A program made the position numbers and the translations under genes. Under the pieces are notes generated by a model. The model made no database searches. It saw only the letters and a program-made list of their open reading frames with translations, and was not told where the DNA came from. A stretch of DNA of 64,000 nucleotides from positions 9,433,323-9,497,322 of the forward strand of contig NC_057752.1 of assembly GCF_004010195.1 (NCBI RefSeq), read 5' to 3'. Below are positions 1-12,025 of the stretch, in pieces (the first letter of the stretch is position 1; each line of letters begins with the position of its first letter). The stretch is from Chiloscyllium plagiosum (lineage: Eukaryota).

Positions 1-259
1 GCAAGAAGGTTCCAACATGATTTATGCTGAGCTAATAGACCTCAGTTGGAATACAAACAATGGTATACAATTGGTATCAGCACACACAGACTAAATGGCA
101 GAGGCTGGGGAATGAGGGGAACCAGATCCTGATCTTGATCTGAGCCAGCTGTAAAGTACATTTTGTGGGTGCTTAATGAGAACAAGATTTAACAGTGATC
201 CCTTTCACTATTGAATTGCTTGCTGTAGCCCCTTTCCCTCCCACTCCCAACTATTCAGA

Positions 260-360
260 TAAAGTCGAAAATTGTGGGGCTGAAAAAGAACAGCAGGTCA
301 GGCAGCATCCGAGGAACAGGGGAATCAACATTTTGGACATAAGCCTTTCATCAGGAATGT
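260..360 (-). mobile_element. Degenerate PLE-type terminal repeat, family A
   Basis: cagcaggtcaggcagcatcc shared with the 5053-5509 element; decayed hammerhead core on minus strand (cctgatgaaaggcttatgtccaaaatgttg). Confidence 0.6.
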
Positions 361-554
361 GTCAGATAAATTCAGATAAAGTCCCAAGCCATGCAAATCA
401 TAAGTACACGCCGGCTGAGGTTACCATAAAAGACTCTCCTTCTCAACCTTTCCCCTCGCCTGAGGTATGGAGACCCTCGAGTTAAGTCACATGTCATCTC
501 ACTCGCTCTAATGAGAGCAGCCCTATTCCGTGATAAGAATATGACGACTTTACT

Positions 555-782
555 AATTAGGGTCTGGAATGCACTGCCTGGAAGTCTGGTGGATGGTATT
601 GGATGGCAACTTATCTTGGGGGGGATCTTATAGAAGTGTATAAAGTCTGAGAGACATGGTTAGGGTGAATGCACTCAGCCTTTTTCCCAGGTTTGGGGAA
701 TTGAGGACTACAGAGCATCAGTTTAAGGTTAGAGGGGAAAGAATAAAAAGAAACCTGAGGGGTAACTTTTTTTACACAAAGA
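555..782 (+). mobile_element. CR1 LINE 3' fragments
   Basis: ggggatcttatagaagtgtataaa and agaaacctgaggggtaactttttt resemble the CR1 ORF2 end at 60790-60950; followed by (GA)n 781-810. Confidence 0.7.
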
Positions 783-829
783 GAGAGAGAGAGAGACAGA
801 GAGAGAGAGACACACTTTCCATGATCAAA

Positions 830-1720
830 CAACCTTTGTCATTTCACAAAGCTACCAGAAAGTGCTTAGCACCCACAGAATGAAATCCAAACACCTTTGA
901 GAGAAAGTGGATCAAGGAAAAGAAAGCACATCAAGGAAAATACTAAGGTGTTACATAAAACCACCCGAAAATGCTTTACAGTGGCATTCTAAAACAAAAA
1001 AGGACACAATACCACAAAGAGATATTAGGACAAATGACCAAAGCTTGTACAAAGAGGCCGATTTTAAGGAGTGTCTTGGAGGAGAGGTAGAGATGTGCGG
1101 AAGTTTAGAAAAATAATGTCTGTCTGTGCTTCAGATCCAGGCAGCTGAAGATCCAGCCGCCATCGCTAAACCAGTATAATCCAGAATGCTGAAGAGGCCA
1201 GACTTCGAGAAGCAGAGATCTCAAAAGGATTGTCAGGCTAACAAAGATTGGAGAAGAAATGACTAAGATTTTTACAAATGTAAAAATTAAAATCAAGTGT
1301 TGCTTTTACAGAACCTAAAGTCATTGAGCACATGGGTGATGGGTAAATGGGACACAGTTTGAGTTAGGACACAGGCAACTGATTTTTGGATGAGCTCAAG
1401 TTTACAAAGAGTAGAAAGTGGGAGGCCAACCAACAGGATATTAATTAAGTCTAAAAAAAAATAAAGGCATGGATAAGGATTTCAGCATAGAAGAGCTGGG
1501 GTAGGGGCAGAGTAGGGCAAAATTATGGAATTGGAAATAGACAGTCTTATTGATGGCACAGATGTGTGGTTGAAAACTCCTCTTGGGATCAAATATGATA
1601 CCAAGGTTGCCAACCGTCTGGCTTGGAGAGTTGCCAGGGAAAGGGTTGGATTTGGTGGCTAGGGAGCAGAATTTGCGGTGGGGACTAAAGACAATAGTTC
1701 ATTCTTCCCAATATTTAATT
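830..1720 (-). mobile_element. Old L2-type LINE fragment
   Basis: Purine-rich antisense LINE-like sequence; similar motifs recur at ~26170-26700 (ttttggatgagctcaagtttac vs ttttggatgacctaacac). Confidence 0.5.
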
Positions 1721-3662
1721 GAAATTTAATTTTATTTAAAAAGAAAGTTAGATAAGTATTGATTTTGATCCTTAGCCACTATGAATATAAGGCGTTATCC
1801 AGCACTCTGTGAAATCATGCTGACATAGTGCGTATTGAAGACAGGGCTGTTGGGAAAATCTCCAGACATGTCTAAGCCCAGAGAAAACAACTCTGAAATA
1901 CTAACTCAGTAGCTGCCATATTGACTGGAGGAATAATTTCACGCAGGTGGTGTACCCACAATAGTACAAACTTCTATAACATAATTTTTAAAAATCCTAA
2001 CAGTCAGAAGTTCACAAATGAGTCAAGACAAACAGTTGGTAATATAATGATGTCACCAACAAAATAACTGCATGTTCTTACAGTTTTAAGCCTGAGACAG
2101 CAACTAGCACTTCAACTGACTTTCTACACTTTCTTCCCCTCCCTTTACTTTTGAGCATTGTGACTTCTGCTGGGATCCAGTTGTGCTCACCCATTGGACA
2201 GTGCTTGTCCCCTTGGTCAGTCACAATGAGCATTGTGGCCACACCCAATCGTGGCACCAACAAGGTCAATTGTAGCTAAAGGGATGAGATCAACCAACTC
2301 GGTGCAAACCAGGTTTTAGAAACTAGAATCTTTTGATATGTCAGGCTCCATTTTTTGCCAACAGAGCAAACAGTGGAAGTAACAATATTCCTGGAAGGCT
2401 CATTTTAGAGTTTTGTATCTGTATTTATTCTAGACATTTGCTGCCAAAAATATGCAGAAAATAGCAAACACAATAAAACAATACCTGAACACTGAGAAAG
2501 TGAAAGTTGATTTTTTGATGAAAAAACAGGGAGAGGTAACATTACAAATCTACAGAATGGAACCCAGTCACATTTTGCATGATGCTCGGTTATGCTTCAA
2601 TCATGCGATCAGAGAAAGTGGCTTCCTTCTGTGCTACATTCAGGCCATCAAGTCTGTGATGTTCTTGGCTCCTCAACTGGAGCTAATTCCTCGAACCTCA
2701 CTTCCTTGTTCCTTCCTCATATCCTATTATATTTTGCCTCTTCAAGTACTTTTCAAAAATAAAACTAATTCACTTTCAAGTATATCAACCACAATAATGA
2801 CAAAGAATTCGATGTGCTGACAATACTCTGAATTGAAATTGGGCAACTTTCCTCTTCATTTTTTGGCATGACAATCTGAACTTTGCGTCCCCTTCTTTGC
2901 TGAATCACTAACCAAAAGGAAATCTTTTGCTATTTTTCATCAAATCTTTCAAAGTCTTTCAGTGTTATGCAAATATGCATCGAGAGAGGCTCTGGACCAC
3001 CTGTCTCCCCCGCCCCCCCCCCCCCCAAATAAAACAAGAATAATAGGTTGTGATTTGTATAAACATTTAAACTATGCTTGATATGATGCCAGGCATCAGC
3101 TGACAGTTTTACAAAAAAAAATGCCTCAAGTGTAAAAGCCTGTTACAGAATATTTCATCTGACATTAGGAGCCATGTCGCAGCTCTGCAAATATGTCAAG
3201 AGGGGGTTGACAAACAGCGAGCAGTCACTTCCAACATGTTTTAACTTATTTCATTCATTGCCCGGATCAACCTAGTGGAGAAAAATAAACAGCAACGCAA
3301 AACATCCCAAGCTGCACATCCTGACCCCTAAATACATAGCTAGAACATTCATTTGTAGGAGGGATCTTTACCCAAGAAACTGATAAATCAAAACGAAAAG
3401 CCGTGTTCTTTCTTTTCCCTCAATGTTATTACAAGCAGCACCGATTTATCTATATAAAAAAAGACGCAGTCCCCCTGCACCCAGTGAATAATGCAGCCTG
3501 GGCACATGCAGGGATTGAAATCGCACAGGATGAATAATGCCGCACACCAGACTGAAATAAAACTACAAAAAAAAGGGAGAGTTTTTTTCCCCCCTGTTGT
3601 CGCGACCGTAACGTATATTCAGGCGCGCCACCTTTAGTTAAAACGATTCGGAAGAGACTGAC

Positions 3663-3735
3663 CGATGATTTCTTCCAGTTCGTAGGCATCTTTTGCATTT
3701 GGCCATTGGGACCCGGCAAACAGCTCCTCCGCCAT
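3663..3735 (-). CDS. STK39: First coding exon of STE20/SPS1-related kinase SPAK (STK39); rest of gene lies left of the window
   Basis: ATG at 3735 encodes MAEELFAGSQWPNAKDAYELEEIIG, matching the WP..DAYELQEVIG start of the SPAK/OSR1 kinase domain. A phase-1 donor (G|GTCAGT) sits at 3662. Head-to-head position next to CERS6 favours STK39 over OXSR1. Confidence 0.85.
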
Positions 3736-4060
3736 GACGCTGTGAGTCACAATGCGGCGAGAGTCAGAGCCCGACAGGCTGCTGAAGAGAGAGAGAGAGA
3801 GAGAGCGCTCAGCAACTTTATTCAGGCTCAGCCACACACACAGACACAGCACATACACCTCAGAGTACAATAGGGACCGGCACAGTCTAGCTGATTGTTT
3901 AACGCACATACATACCTCAGAATACAAGCGGACAACCATCAGTGGTCGTGTTGTGATGGGCTCCAAATGATGCAGATATATCTCATGCCCGTTTTGCTCC
4001 ATAGCAACAGTAGTTGCGCGAAACGCGACTCTGTCAACTTGGAGTTTCGAAAGTAATGGA
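3736..4060 (-). promoter_or_regulatory. CpG-enriched 5'UTR/proximal promoter of STK39
   Basis: Local CpG enrichment. Motif matches only: AP-1-type TGAGTCA 3743-3749, (GA)n ~3786-3804, RFX-like CCATAGCAAC ~3999-4008 and E2F-type GCGCGAAA 4016-4023. Confidence 0.55.
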
Positions 4061-5052
4061 TGGTGATTGAACCGTCAGAATCTGTCCGAGGGCAGGAGTT
4101 GCTGCAGCGAAGCAGAGTTCCTTTTGGGGTGGGAAATCCTTCAGAGCCACTTTCTGCTGCTTCTGGCATCACATTCTGGGATAGAACTTCATCTCCGGTA
4201 GTGACACAAAACAGGCAGTATTCGCTAAGCCACCAGGATTGTCCAATACCATTGTAGTCAATGGAATTAAAAATCAGGTACTTTATATAATGGGCAACTG
4301 ATCCATACCCCCCCCCCCCCCCCCCCATTTTACAGCACTGCCCAAAGTGGATTTTTACTTTCAAATTCTTCCTCTGCTCCCAGATCACTTAAGATGGGGT
4401 CGAATCACTACATGAAGAGCCCACGAAATACCTGATTCTGGGGGATGGTTTTAAGATCCTACTCAGAGCAGAAACAGTGCAGGTGGGCATTGAAAATAGT
4501 GCTCCAGGTGGCACGCCAATATCCAACTCGATTCCATTTCCAGGCTTATTTCTAGAGGTGGAATAAGGTAGTCAATTCAGTCTGTTAATGGTGACTTAAG
4601 GATAACTGTTGGAGGCCAACTCCAGCTTCTCAGTTCCCACAGACAGAGCAGGGGATGAGTAGCAAACAGTATAAATGCGCTGAGGTGACGTTCTGGCAGC
4701 AGCCTGAAGGAGCTGGTGCTCCAAGCAGGTCTACAGAGGCCCTCTCTGCCTGCCTCTCCTCCCCATCACATGTACACGCGCGCAAATATAATTGTCCACA
4801 TTAATCCCATTCCCTATCTTTTTTTCCACAGCCCTGCAATATTTGCCCTTTCAAATACTGCATACATTTAATTTCCTTTGGAAAGTTACTCGAGCACGTG
4901 TCTCCACAACTCTTTCAGACAGTGCAATCTGTTTCAGAACTTCTTGCATTTTTAAAAATAATTTTTAACTAGCCTGTCCAGTGATGTTATTACACACCCC
5001 GGAGCAGGTGGGACTTGAACCCAGGTCTCCTTCCTTAATTCTGTTTTTTTTT

Positions 5053-5515
5053 AGTTGAAACTTTATTGCTGGAACAGCACAGCAGGTCAGGCAGCATCCA
5101 GGGAACAGGAGATTCGACGTTTCGGGCACAGGCCCTTCTTCAGGAATGAGCAGAGAGTGTTCAGCAGGAGAAGATAAAAGGTAGGGAGGAGGGACTTGGA
5201 GGAGGGGAGTTGGAAATGTGATAGGTGGAAAGAGGTCAAGGTGAGGGTGATAGGTCGGAGTAGGATGGAGGCGGAGAGGTCAACAAGAAGACTGCAGGTC
5301 AGGAAGGCGACGTGGTCGACGGTGCCCTCCACCGCATCTCCTCCACTTCCAACTCCCCTCCTCCAAGTCCCTCCTCCCTACCTTTTATCTTCTCCTGCTG
5401 AACACTCTCTGCTCATTCCTGAAGAAGGGCCTGTGCCCGAAACGTCGAATCTCCTGTTCCCTGGATGCTGCCTGACCTGCTGTGCTGTTCCAGCAATAAA
5501 GTTTCAACTTTGATA
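5053..5515. mobile_element. Family A hairpin element (inverted PLE terminal repeats)
   Basis: Arms 5053-5215 and 5347-5509 read as exact 163-bp reverse complements, separated by a 131-bp spacer. Confidence 0.85.
5415..5450 (+). ncRNA. Minimal type I hammerhead ribozyme motif, family A (mirror copy on minus strand at 5112-5147)
   Basis: ATTC-CTGAAGA-A-GGGC-ctgt-GCCC-GAAA-C-GTC-GAAT: stem I ATTC/GAAT, stem II GGGC/GCCC, GUC triplet, palindromic ACGT in place of helix III. Confidence 0.75.
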
Positions 5516-6384
5516 TCCAAATGAATCCAACAAGAACTGGACCAAGCATATGTGGTACTCATAATCTTCTTCATCCTAAGTATACGCATGATTTTACTAC
5601 AACTGCTAAGTATTTCATCAGTAATATTTTCAGCAACATAACACAAAACATCGCAGATAAGAAAAACTGCAGCATATTAACATGCCAAATTTCCCCTAAA
5701 GTAAATGCATTAAAATTCCATCAAATTTGACAATATTGTTATGTATTTGGCTTTAAGGGGTTAACACGTAGGGGGTTCCATACAACAGCCAAGCAGGGTG
5801 AGATCAATAGTTGTGATGTTGAGAAGATATGCTCTTCTTCATTAGGGTAAATAAAACCACAGAAAGTAGACAAAATCAAACACAAAATATTGCTGAGGAA
5901 AGGAGTGAACAAAGACAGAAATGGGAACTATTTAAATGTAAATCTATGATTCGCTCCAGTAATAATATCTAACAATATTCAATATCTAGGATCATACCAA
6001 AAGAGTACTTTGAAGTATTAAAGGGATTTTCTGCTATCTAGTGATCTCTGAGGCATGAAGTTTCCCTTTCTTGATATGTGCAAGATCAAGACAAACACTA
6101 GGCATACAGTAACAGTGATATCACCGCAGGGAGTTGGCAGCCAATTACACTGAAGTATTCTCAAACAGCAAATCAGAAAGTAAAATGCAGTAAAATCTTC
6201 TACTCAATTAAAATTTCCACAGAGTAAATACAAATCATCAGTGATACACATGGGATTAAAGTAGCTGAAATATCATAACTTTTTTTTAAATTTGAAAAAA
6301 ACATTATTGCCATAATAATGGCAAAAAAGCATCCCAGTGATATAACATTAGATTTCTATGAGTAACTATTGAGTTATTAAAATT

Positions 6385-6915
6385 AAATTGCATTTATATA
6401 GTAACTGTTATGGCCACAGAAAGATCCAAAATGCTTTACAGCCAATAAAGTACTTTGGAAGTACAGTCAGTGTTGACACATAGCAGGCAATTTACATGTA
6501 GCAAGCTCCCACAAAAAGAAATGCTGTACTAATTATTGAAAAAATATTGACTATGACACCTGGAACAACTTTCTCATCAGTGGTGAGGTTCTGGAACCCA
6601 CGAGTTCAAAGGGTAATACAGGCAAAAACCATAATCACATTAAAACATGCGGTGGAACAGTCAATGGGTTTAGGAATCAAAATTTGGAGAGTGGGATTAG
6701 TGTGACGAGGTATTCATCGACTGGTATGGACATAATGTGCCAGACGACTACCTTCTGTGCATGAAATCTTACTGTGTTTTCTATGTATCTATAACTCTTA
6801 TTAAAAATAGTGCCATTGGCTCTTCTATGTCTACATTAGAGGACAGACAGGCCTTCACTTAGTAGGCTCTCGTCAAAAAGATAGCAGCTTAAATCTTCCA
6901 ACTTCCCTCACTGGA
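6385..6915 (-). mobile_element. DeuSINE (SacSINE1-like), interrupted by a CR1 3' fragment at ~6575-6790
   Basis: ttgcatttatatag...gctttacagccaat...gcaagctcccacaaa...aaatagtgccat; antisense to the copy at 42745-43115. Confidence 0.6.
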
Positions 6916-6920
6916 TTGGA

Positions 6921-7265
6921 ATGTGTTGCTGGAAAAGCGCAGCAGGTCAGGCAGCATCCAGGGAACAGGAGAATCGACGTTTCGGGCATAAACCCTTCTT
7001 CAGGAATGAGGAAAGTTTGTCCAGCAGGCTAAGATAAAAGGTAGGGAGGAGGGACTTGGGGGAGGGGCGTCGGAAATGTGATAGGTGGAAAGAGGTCAAG
7101 GTGAGGGTGATAGGCCAGACTGGGGTGGGGGCGGAGAGGTCGGGAAGAAGATTGCAGGTTAGGAAGGCGGTGCTGAGTTCGATGGATTTGACTGAGACAA
7201 GGTGGGAGGAGGGGAAATGAAATTTTCAGCTCTGATCTCCAGCATCTGCAGACCTCACTTTCTCC
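6921..7265. mobile_element. Family A PLE end on minus strand with inverted 3' tail; hammerhead motif on minus strand at 6972-7007
   Basis: Minus strand cctgaagaagggtttatgcccgaaacgtcg; plus-strand terminal tail gatctccagcatctgcagacctcactttctcc ending at 7265. Confidence 0.75.
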
Positions 7266-7639
7266 TAGCCATAGTGAAGCCACACAGTGTCTAACTCAAT
7301 GACTCGTCTCTGGTAAATACGAACGTTGTTGATCTCCTCTTGTGTTGAAATCAGAAACAGACATGAAGGTGACAATTGGAAGCCACCCACCCTGCACTGA
7401 GACTGAAGCCAGCCGTCTCTGGTTTGATGTTTTCAAGAAAGACCTTTATATCTGCGATGGGAAGATTTGGGTGTCAATCTTACAAGGTAATGCAACAATA
7501 TCATTAAGGTAGAGATGGATTGTTTGTAGTGCCACCCCTCAGTGAAGTTGTTAATGAATAAATAGAATACATAAAGAAAGAAAGTCACATTTGTATGAAC
7601 CTCAGCAAGGCTCATTACGGTCAATGAAATTTTTTTTAC

Positions 7640-7780
7640 TCAGCCAATGAAACAGGGCACAATAAGCTCCCACAAACAGCAATATGATAGTTGCCAAGTG
7701 ACCTGCTTTTGCAATGTTGATTGGTCAGGACTCCAGGGTTAACTCCCTTACTATTCTTTAAAATTGTGCTATGGTATCTT
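7640..7780 (-). mobile_element. DeuSINE fragment
   Basis: cagccaatgaa...agctcccacaaacagcaat...aattgtgctatggtatctt, similar to 6385-6915. Confidence 0.55.
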
Positions 7781-7786
7781 CTCCCT

Positions 7787-7876
7787 CTGTTCCCTGGATG
7801 CTGCCTGACCTGCTGTGCTGTTCCAGCAATAAAGTTTCAACTTTGATCTCCAGCATCTGCAGACCTCACTTTCTCC
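7787..7876 (+). mobile_element. Family A PLE 3' terminus
   Basis: Near-identical to 5454-5515 plus the terminal tail. Confidence 0.75.
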
Positions 7877-7959
7877 TCTGTTTTTTTTTAACCAATTACA
7901 TTCAACCTGAGACCTTGGCTTGGTAATTTTCCTGACTGTGAAAACAGTCCCTACTCTCT

Positions 7960-8545
7960 TGACACTTCTCTATCAGGAACAAATGGAGAAGTATTGGTAC
8001 CTTGGGAATGGTGCTATTGGAAGTTAAAAAAAATGAAGTAGCATTTATGTTAAATAATTACAATGTGTTAGTAGAAGAGGAGGGTAGTATACGGGACATC
8101 CCAGGGAAACAAATTCTGAATCAGAGCTAGGAACTCACCAAATTTAACATAAGCAAAATTATTAATTAACAGAAAGATGCACTTAAAAGTGACAAATCTT
8201 AACACAAATGATTTTCAGTCCAGGACTTTAGAGGAAACAGGTTCAAAAATTGCAGATTATCTATTATCTTCCGGTGTTCTCTTGATTTGGGAACCTTTCC
8301 TTCAGTTTCTCTCTCTGTTATTTAAAACTGGTGAGAGAGAGAAACCAGTAATTGTAGACCAGTTACCTAACATCTATTGTTGGAAATTTCTAGAGTTGAA
8401 GGATAGAGTGACTGAATACCTTGAACATTTTAAGTTGAACAGAGAGAATCAGCACAGAGTTGTAAGAGATAGGTCATAGCTAAGTGTTTGGATATTTTGA
8501 AGAAATAACTTCTAGAAGGCATTTAATAGAAACCCCTCATAAGAG
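7960..8545 (+). mobile_element. Old CR1 ORF2 fragment
   Basis: Degenerate RT N-terminal motifs (LFKTGEREKP, LKDRVTEYLE..ENQH) in ORF 8177-8479. Confidence 0.6.
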
Positions 8546-8862
8546 ATAGGGCCGGGATTATCCTTCCAAGTTAAAGAATGGCAGCAAGCAAATTTCCTGA
8601 CATAATTTCTGCCCTGCCAAGGCCTAGGGCACTATCTCAGACAATCATAGGCTTCTCAGCAAATTATTTATTCAAGCAAGGTTTTGGGTGTATTACTTGG
8701 CAAATCACACAGTGAGTGAGACAGAAGTGCTTGCCATGACTAGGACTGTCCAGCTGTCAAGACTCTTGCACCTTATTTAAAGCCCAGTTGGACACAACTT
8801 TAGATGCTGCAAGCCAGGAACTTACCTTCACACACTGGTGCTCGCCTCTAAAGTCTTAACAC

Positions 8863-9090
8863 ATGGAGCAGAGGAAAACAAAGCTGTCTCCTCTTTTCAT
8901 GGAGAAAGATTTTGAGATGCTAGTGGATAGGGTAATAGTCCCCTTCATGGATGACTGCAACAGGAGCCCGCCCACCAGACCCAGAAAACCTGGGCAGCGA
9001 TAGCACCATGTATCAGTGCTGGCTCTCTGTGAAAAATGATGCCCAGGAGTGCTGATTGAAGGTCATAACCTCCAGAGCTCTGCGAGGGTA
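8863..9090 (+). pseudogene. Degenerate Myb/SANT-like exon, possibly from a PIF/Harbinger transposon
   Basis: MEQRKTKLSPLFMEKDFEMLVDRV...KTWAAIA...QEC*LKV..SAR with frameshifts, ending at an AGG|GTAAGT donor. Confidence 0.4.
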
Positions 9091-9479
9091 AGTTACACCA
9101 TCTTCTCTTTGCTACCTCACATTCGCAGGGCCATCACTCATACTAACTCTGCCTCACCACAATTGTTTCCTTAAAGTGCACAAGGAGAACAATATCTGCC
9201 ATCCCACCCACTGGTGGTTGACCTCCTAGCCTTCTTGTGGGCCAGTTTTTCTGCAATAAAGAGAAGGATTGAATATGATGCAAGTGGATGCAAGAGCAAT
9301 TAGTGATTATACACGAGTACTAGAGGAGGTGCGGTGATCCCAGTGAGTCAGCAGCAAGGTAGGAAGGGTGACTGAACATGCATCTCACTAAGGGTGATTA
9401 ACTACAACCCTCAGCATCACTCCACTCAATGACACTCACATAACCCTCTACAATTATTAACTATTGCATTTCCCACTAT

Positions 9480-10124
9480 TATGGTCCAGACCTAAACCCC
9501 TTGAGAAAGTTTAAGAAGGTAGCCTACAGCCTAACCTTTTCTTGTTTTAAAGGTAAATGTAAGGCATTGCATTCCAGATGCAATTCGATTGGTCTAACTA
9601 TCAACTTTAAGCAAAACACATTTAATTTTTACACAAAAGATAAAATACCGACAAAATAATAAAAAGAACAGAAAAGAATTGGCTTAACTACAACTCTATT
9701 GAAATGCTTAACAAAATAATATATACATTAACTACTACTAATTAGCTGTTCTAATAAAGCAGTATGCCATAAACACACACTTGGCAAAAGTAAATTCAGT
9801 CAATTAGATTGTCTCACATGCAATTCTAGCGGTAGGAAGAGAACCCCAGCTTTTAGCTGTAACAGAGAGAGGAATAATAGCATCCACATCTTGCTTCAAC
9901 ACCCCAGCAACTGCTACTGAAGGCTAAAACTAAAAAAAATCCTGGTTCTGTGGGTGCTTGACCCCACCCATTCAGGCTGCTTTTATTGATCCAACTAAAA
10001 AAAAACCCCAAAACCTCACAAGCTGTTTATTAGCTTTGAGCAGACCGCTTTTCACCTCTGTCTTAACCTTTCTTTGTGTCTAAAAAAGGACAAAATACAC
10101 CTCTTAAAGCCATAGTATCATCAC
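9480..10124 (-). mobile_element. Solo LTR-like element
   Basis: Minus strand starts TGTGATGATACTATGGCTTTAAGAGGTGTATTTTGTCC, resembling the start at 34132 (tgtgatgctgtc...aaaggttattttgtc); the far end resembles 36570-36610. Confidence 0.5.
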
Positions 10125-11259
10125 ACTACTCACTCACTGGGGTCACCTCTGTTGCTCATGTATGATCACTAATTGCTCTTGCAGCCACTTCCAACATATT
10201 CAATCTTCCTTTTATTGCAGGAAGTACTGGCTCATAATGAGGCTGAGAGGTCCAAGACTGGTGGGAGGTGGTAGACATCAGGCTCCTTATGCATTTTTGA
10301 GGAGAATATTGTGGACGTAGCTGGGGAAAACAACAAAATATGTGGCAGGCAGGCAGGCAGACAACCACTGTTCCCTCTAAGCTGTATAGCCATGTGACCG
10401 CACAGCCACGTGAAGATCAATCGGTGTGCTGATTACCTCAGTGAACCCCGTGACTGGGGCCATTGAATTGCTTCCCCTGTTCTTTCCCCCCCACCATTAA
10501 AGCAATATTTTTTGTGTGTGTGTGTAGGGGAAGGTTTAGAAGAGGGTTGGAGTTTTAACTAGTAGAGTTATATGTCAATAATTCATCGCTATTTATTTGT
10601 AACAAATAGTCATTGTTAAGCACATAAACCTTGTCTGTGTTTTCTGTTCATCTGGGTCTATCTGGTAGATAAATTGGGGAATTTTGCATTATTGGATAGC
10701 ACCTGTAACGTTTGTGATGACATTAGGAGTAGTGGGGCTTGATTTCCAGTGCACTACCTCACTGAGGCAGATACTTTAACAATCAAGCTGCATGTTATGC
10801 CTCCACACGGGTCGCATGGAGGTTTTCTAAGGAGGTAGTGATCATGCCTCAGTAAGATATTCTAAGGTATATGACCTCCAATATCAGTTGTGAATTTCGC
10901 TGTTTGTTAAGTGTTCCTAGCCGCACTCTGATGTCCAGCGATACATTAATTCAAACAGCAAAAGGCAGTGACTGTGCAGATTCTCTGCCTTGTCAGTTAG
11001 CGGCATGGGGTTCTTTCTCTCTCGCTCGCTCTCTCTCTCTCTACCTCTCCTTCACTGACCATGTGCTGCCTGTTATCTGTCCTTCTCCCTTTTAAAAGTG
11101 TCGTTGTTTTGATCTTTTTCCCTCCAAAATTCCAAAACAATGCAACTGTATATAAAACAGTTATTGCTTCTCCTGGAATTCGAGGAAATCACCTCCAGCA
11201 CCTAAAAATACCTCAAAAACAAGGAGCAGCTGTTACAGCCACAAACTTTTCCCATCCTC

Positions 11260-11715
11260 CAACATGGCTTTGTACGTGGGAAATCATATCTCACAAACTT
11301 GATTCAGTTTTTTCAAAAAGTAACAAAGAGAATTGATGAGGGCAGAGCGGTAGACGTGATCTATATGGACTAGGCAAAAGTGAGAACTACAGATGCTGGA
11401 GATCAGGGTCGAGAGTGTGGTGCTGGAAAAGCACAGCAGGTTAGGCAGCATCCGAGGAGCAGGAGAAGCAGGAGAGATATCTCTCCAACCTCTTGGCTCA
11501 CAGCCCCATTCCTGAATGTCGATTCTCCTGCTCCTCGGATGCTGCCTGATCTGCTGTGCTTTTCCAGCACCACACTCTCGACTGGTGAGCTATGTGGACT
11601 TCAGTAAGGCATTCAACAAGGCTCCCAGTGGGAGACTGGCTAGCAAGGTTAGATCTCATGGAATACAGGGAGAACTAACCATTTGGGTACAGAACTGACC
11701 TCGAAGGTAGAAGAC
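11260..11715 (+). mobile_element. CR1 RT fragment, interrupted by a family A hairpin
   Basis: HGFVRGKS.LTNLI.FF.KVTKRIDEGRAVDVIYMD continues after the insertion as DFSKAFNK.P.GRL.SKVRSHGIQG. Confidence 0.8.
11372..11584. mobile_element. Family A hairpin element with TSD
   Basis: gtcgagagtgtggtgctggaaaagcacagcagg... and its reverse complement ending 11583. Flanked by gtgatctatatggact (11356-11371) and gtgagctatgtggact (11585-11600). Hammerhead core largely deleted. Confidence 0.75.
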
Positions 11716-11717
11716 AC

Positions 11718-12025
11718 GGCACGGTGGCACAGTGGTTAGCACTGCTGCCTCACAGCGCCAGAGACCAGAGACCCGTGTTCAATTCCCGACTCAGGCGACT
11801 GACTGTGTGGAGTTTGCACATTTTCCCCGTGTCTGCGTGGGTTTCCTCCGGGTGCTCCGGTTTCCTCCCACAGTCCAAAGATGTGCAGGTCAGGTGAATT
11901 GGCCATGCTAAATTGCCGATAGTGTTAGGTAAGGGGTAAATGTTGGGGTATGGGTCGGTTCGCTTCGGCGGGGCGGTGTGGACTTGTTGGGCCGAAGGGC
12001 CTGTTTTCACACTGTAAGTAATCTA
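11718..12025 (+). mobile_element. tRNA-derived V-SINE (HE1-like)
   Basis: A box TGGCACAGTGG, B box GTTCAATTCCC, V-domain-like gtggagtttgcacattttccccgtgtctgcgtgggtttcctccggg, CR1-like tail. Confidence 0.85.

Noticed and set aside
11718..11790. tRNA-like A/B boxes as a tRNA gene
   Set aside because: Continues into a SINE body and tail, and occurs in four copies
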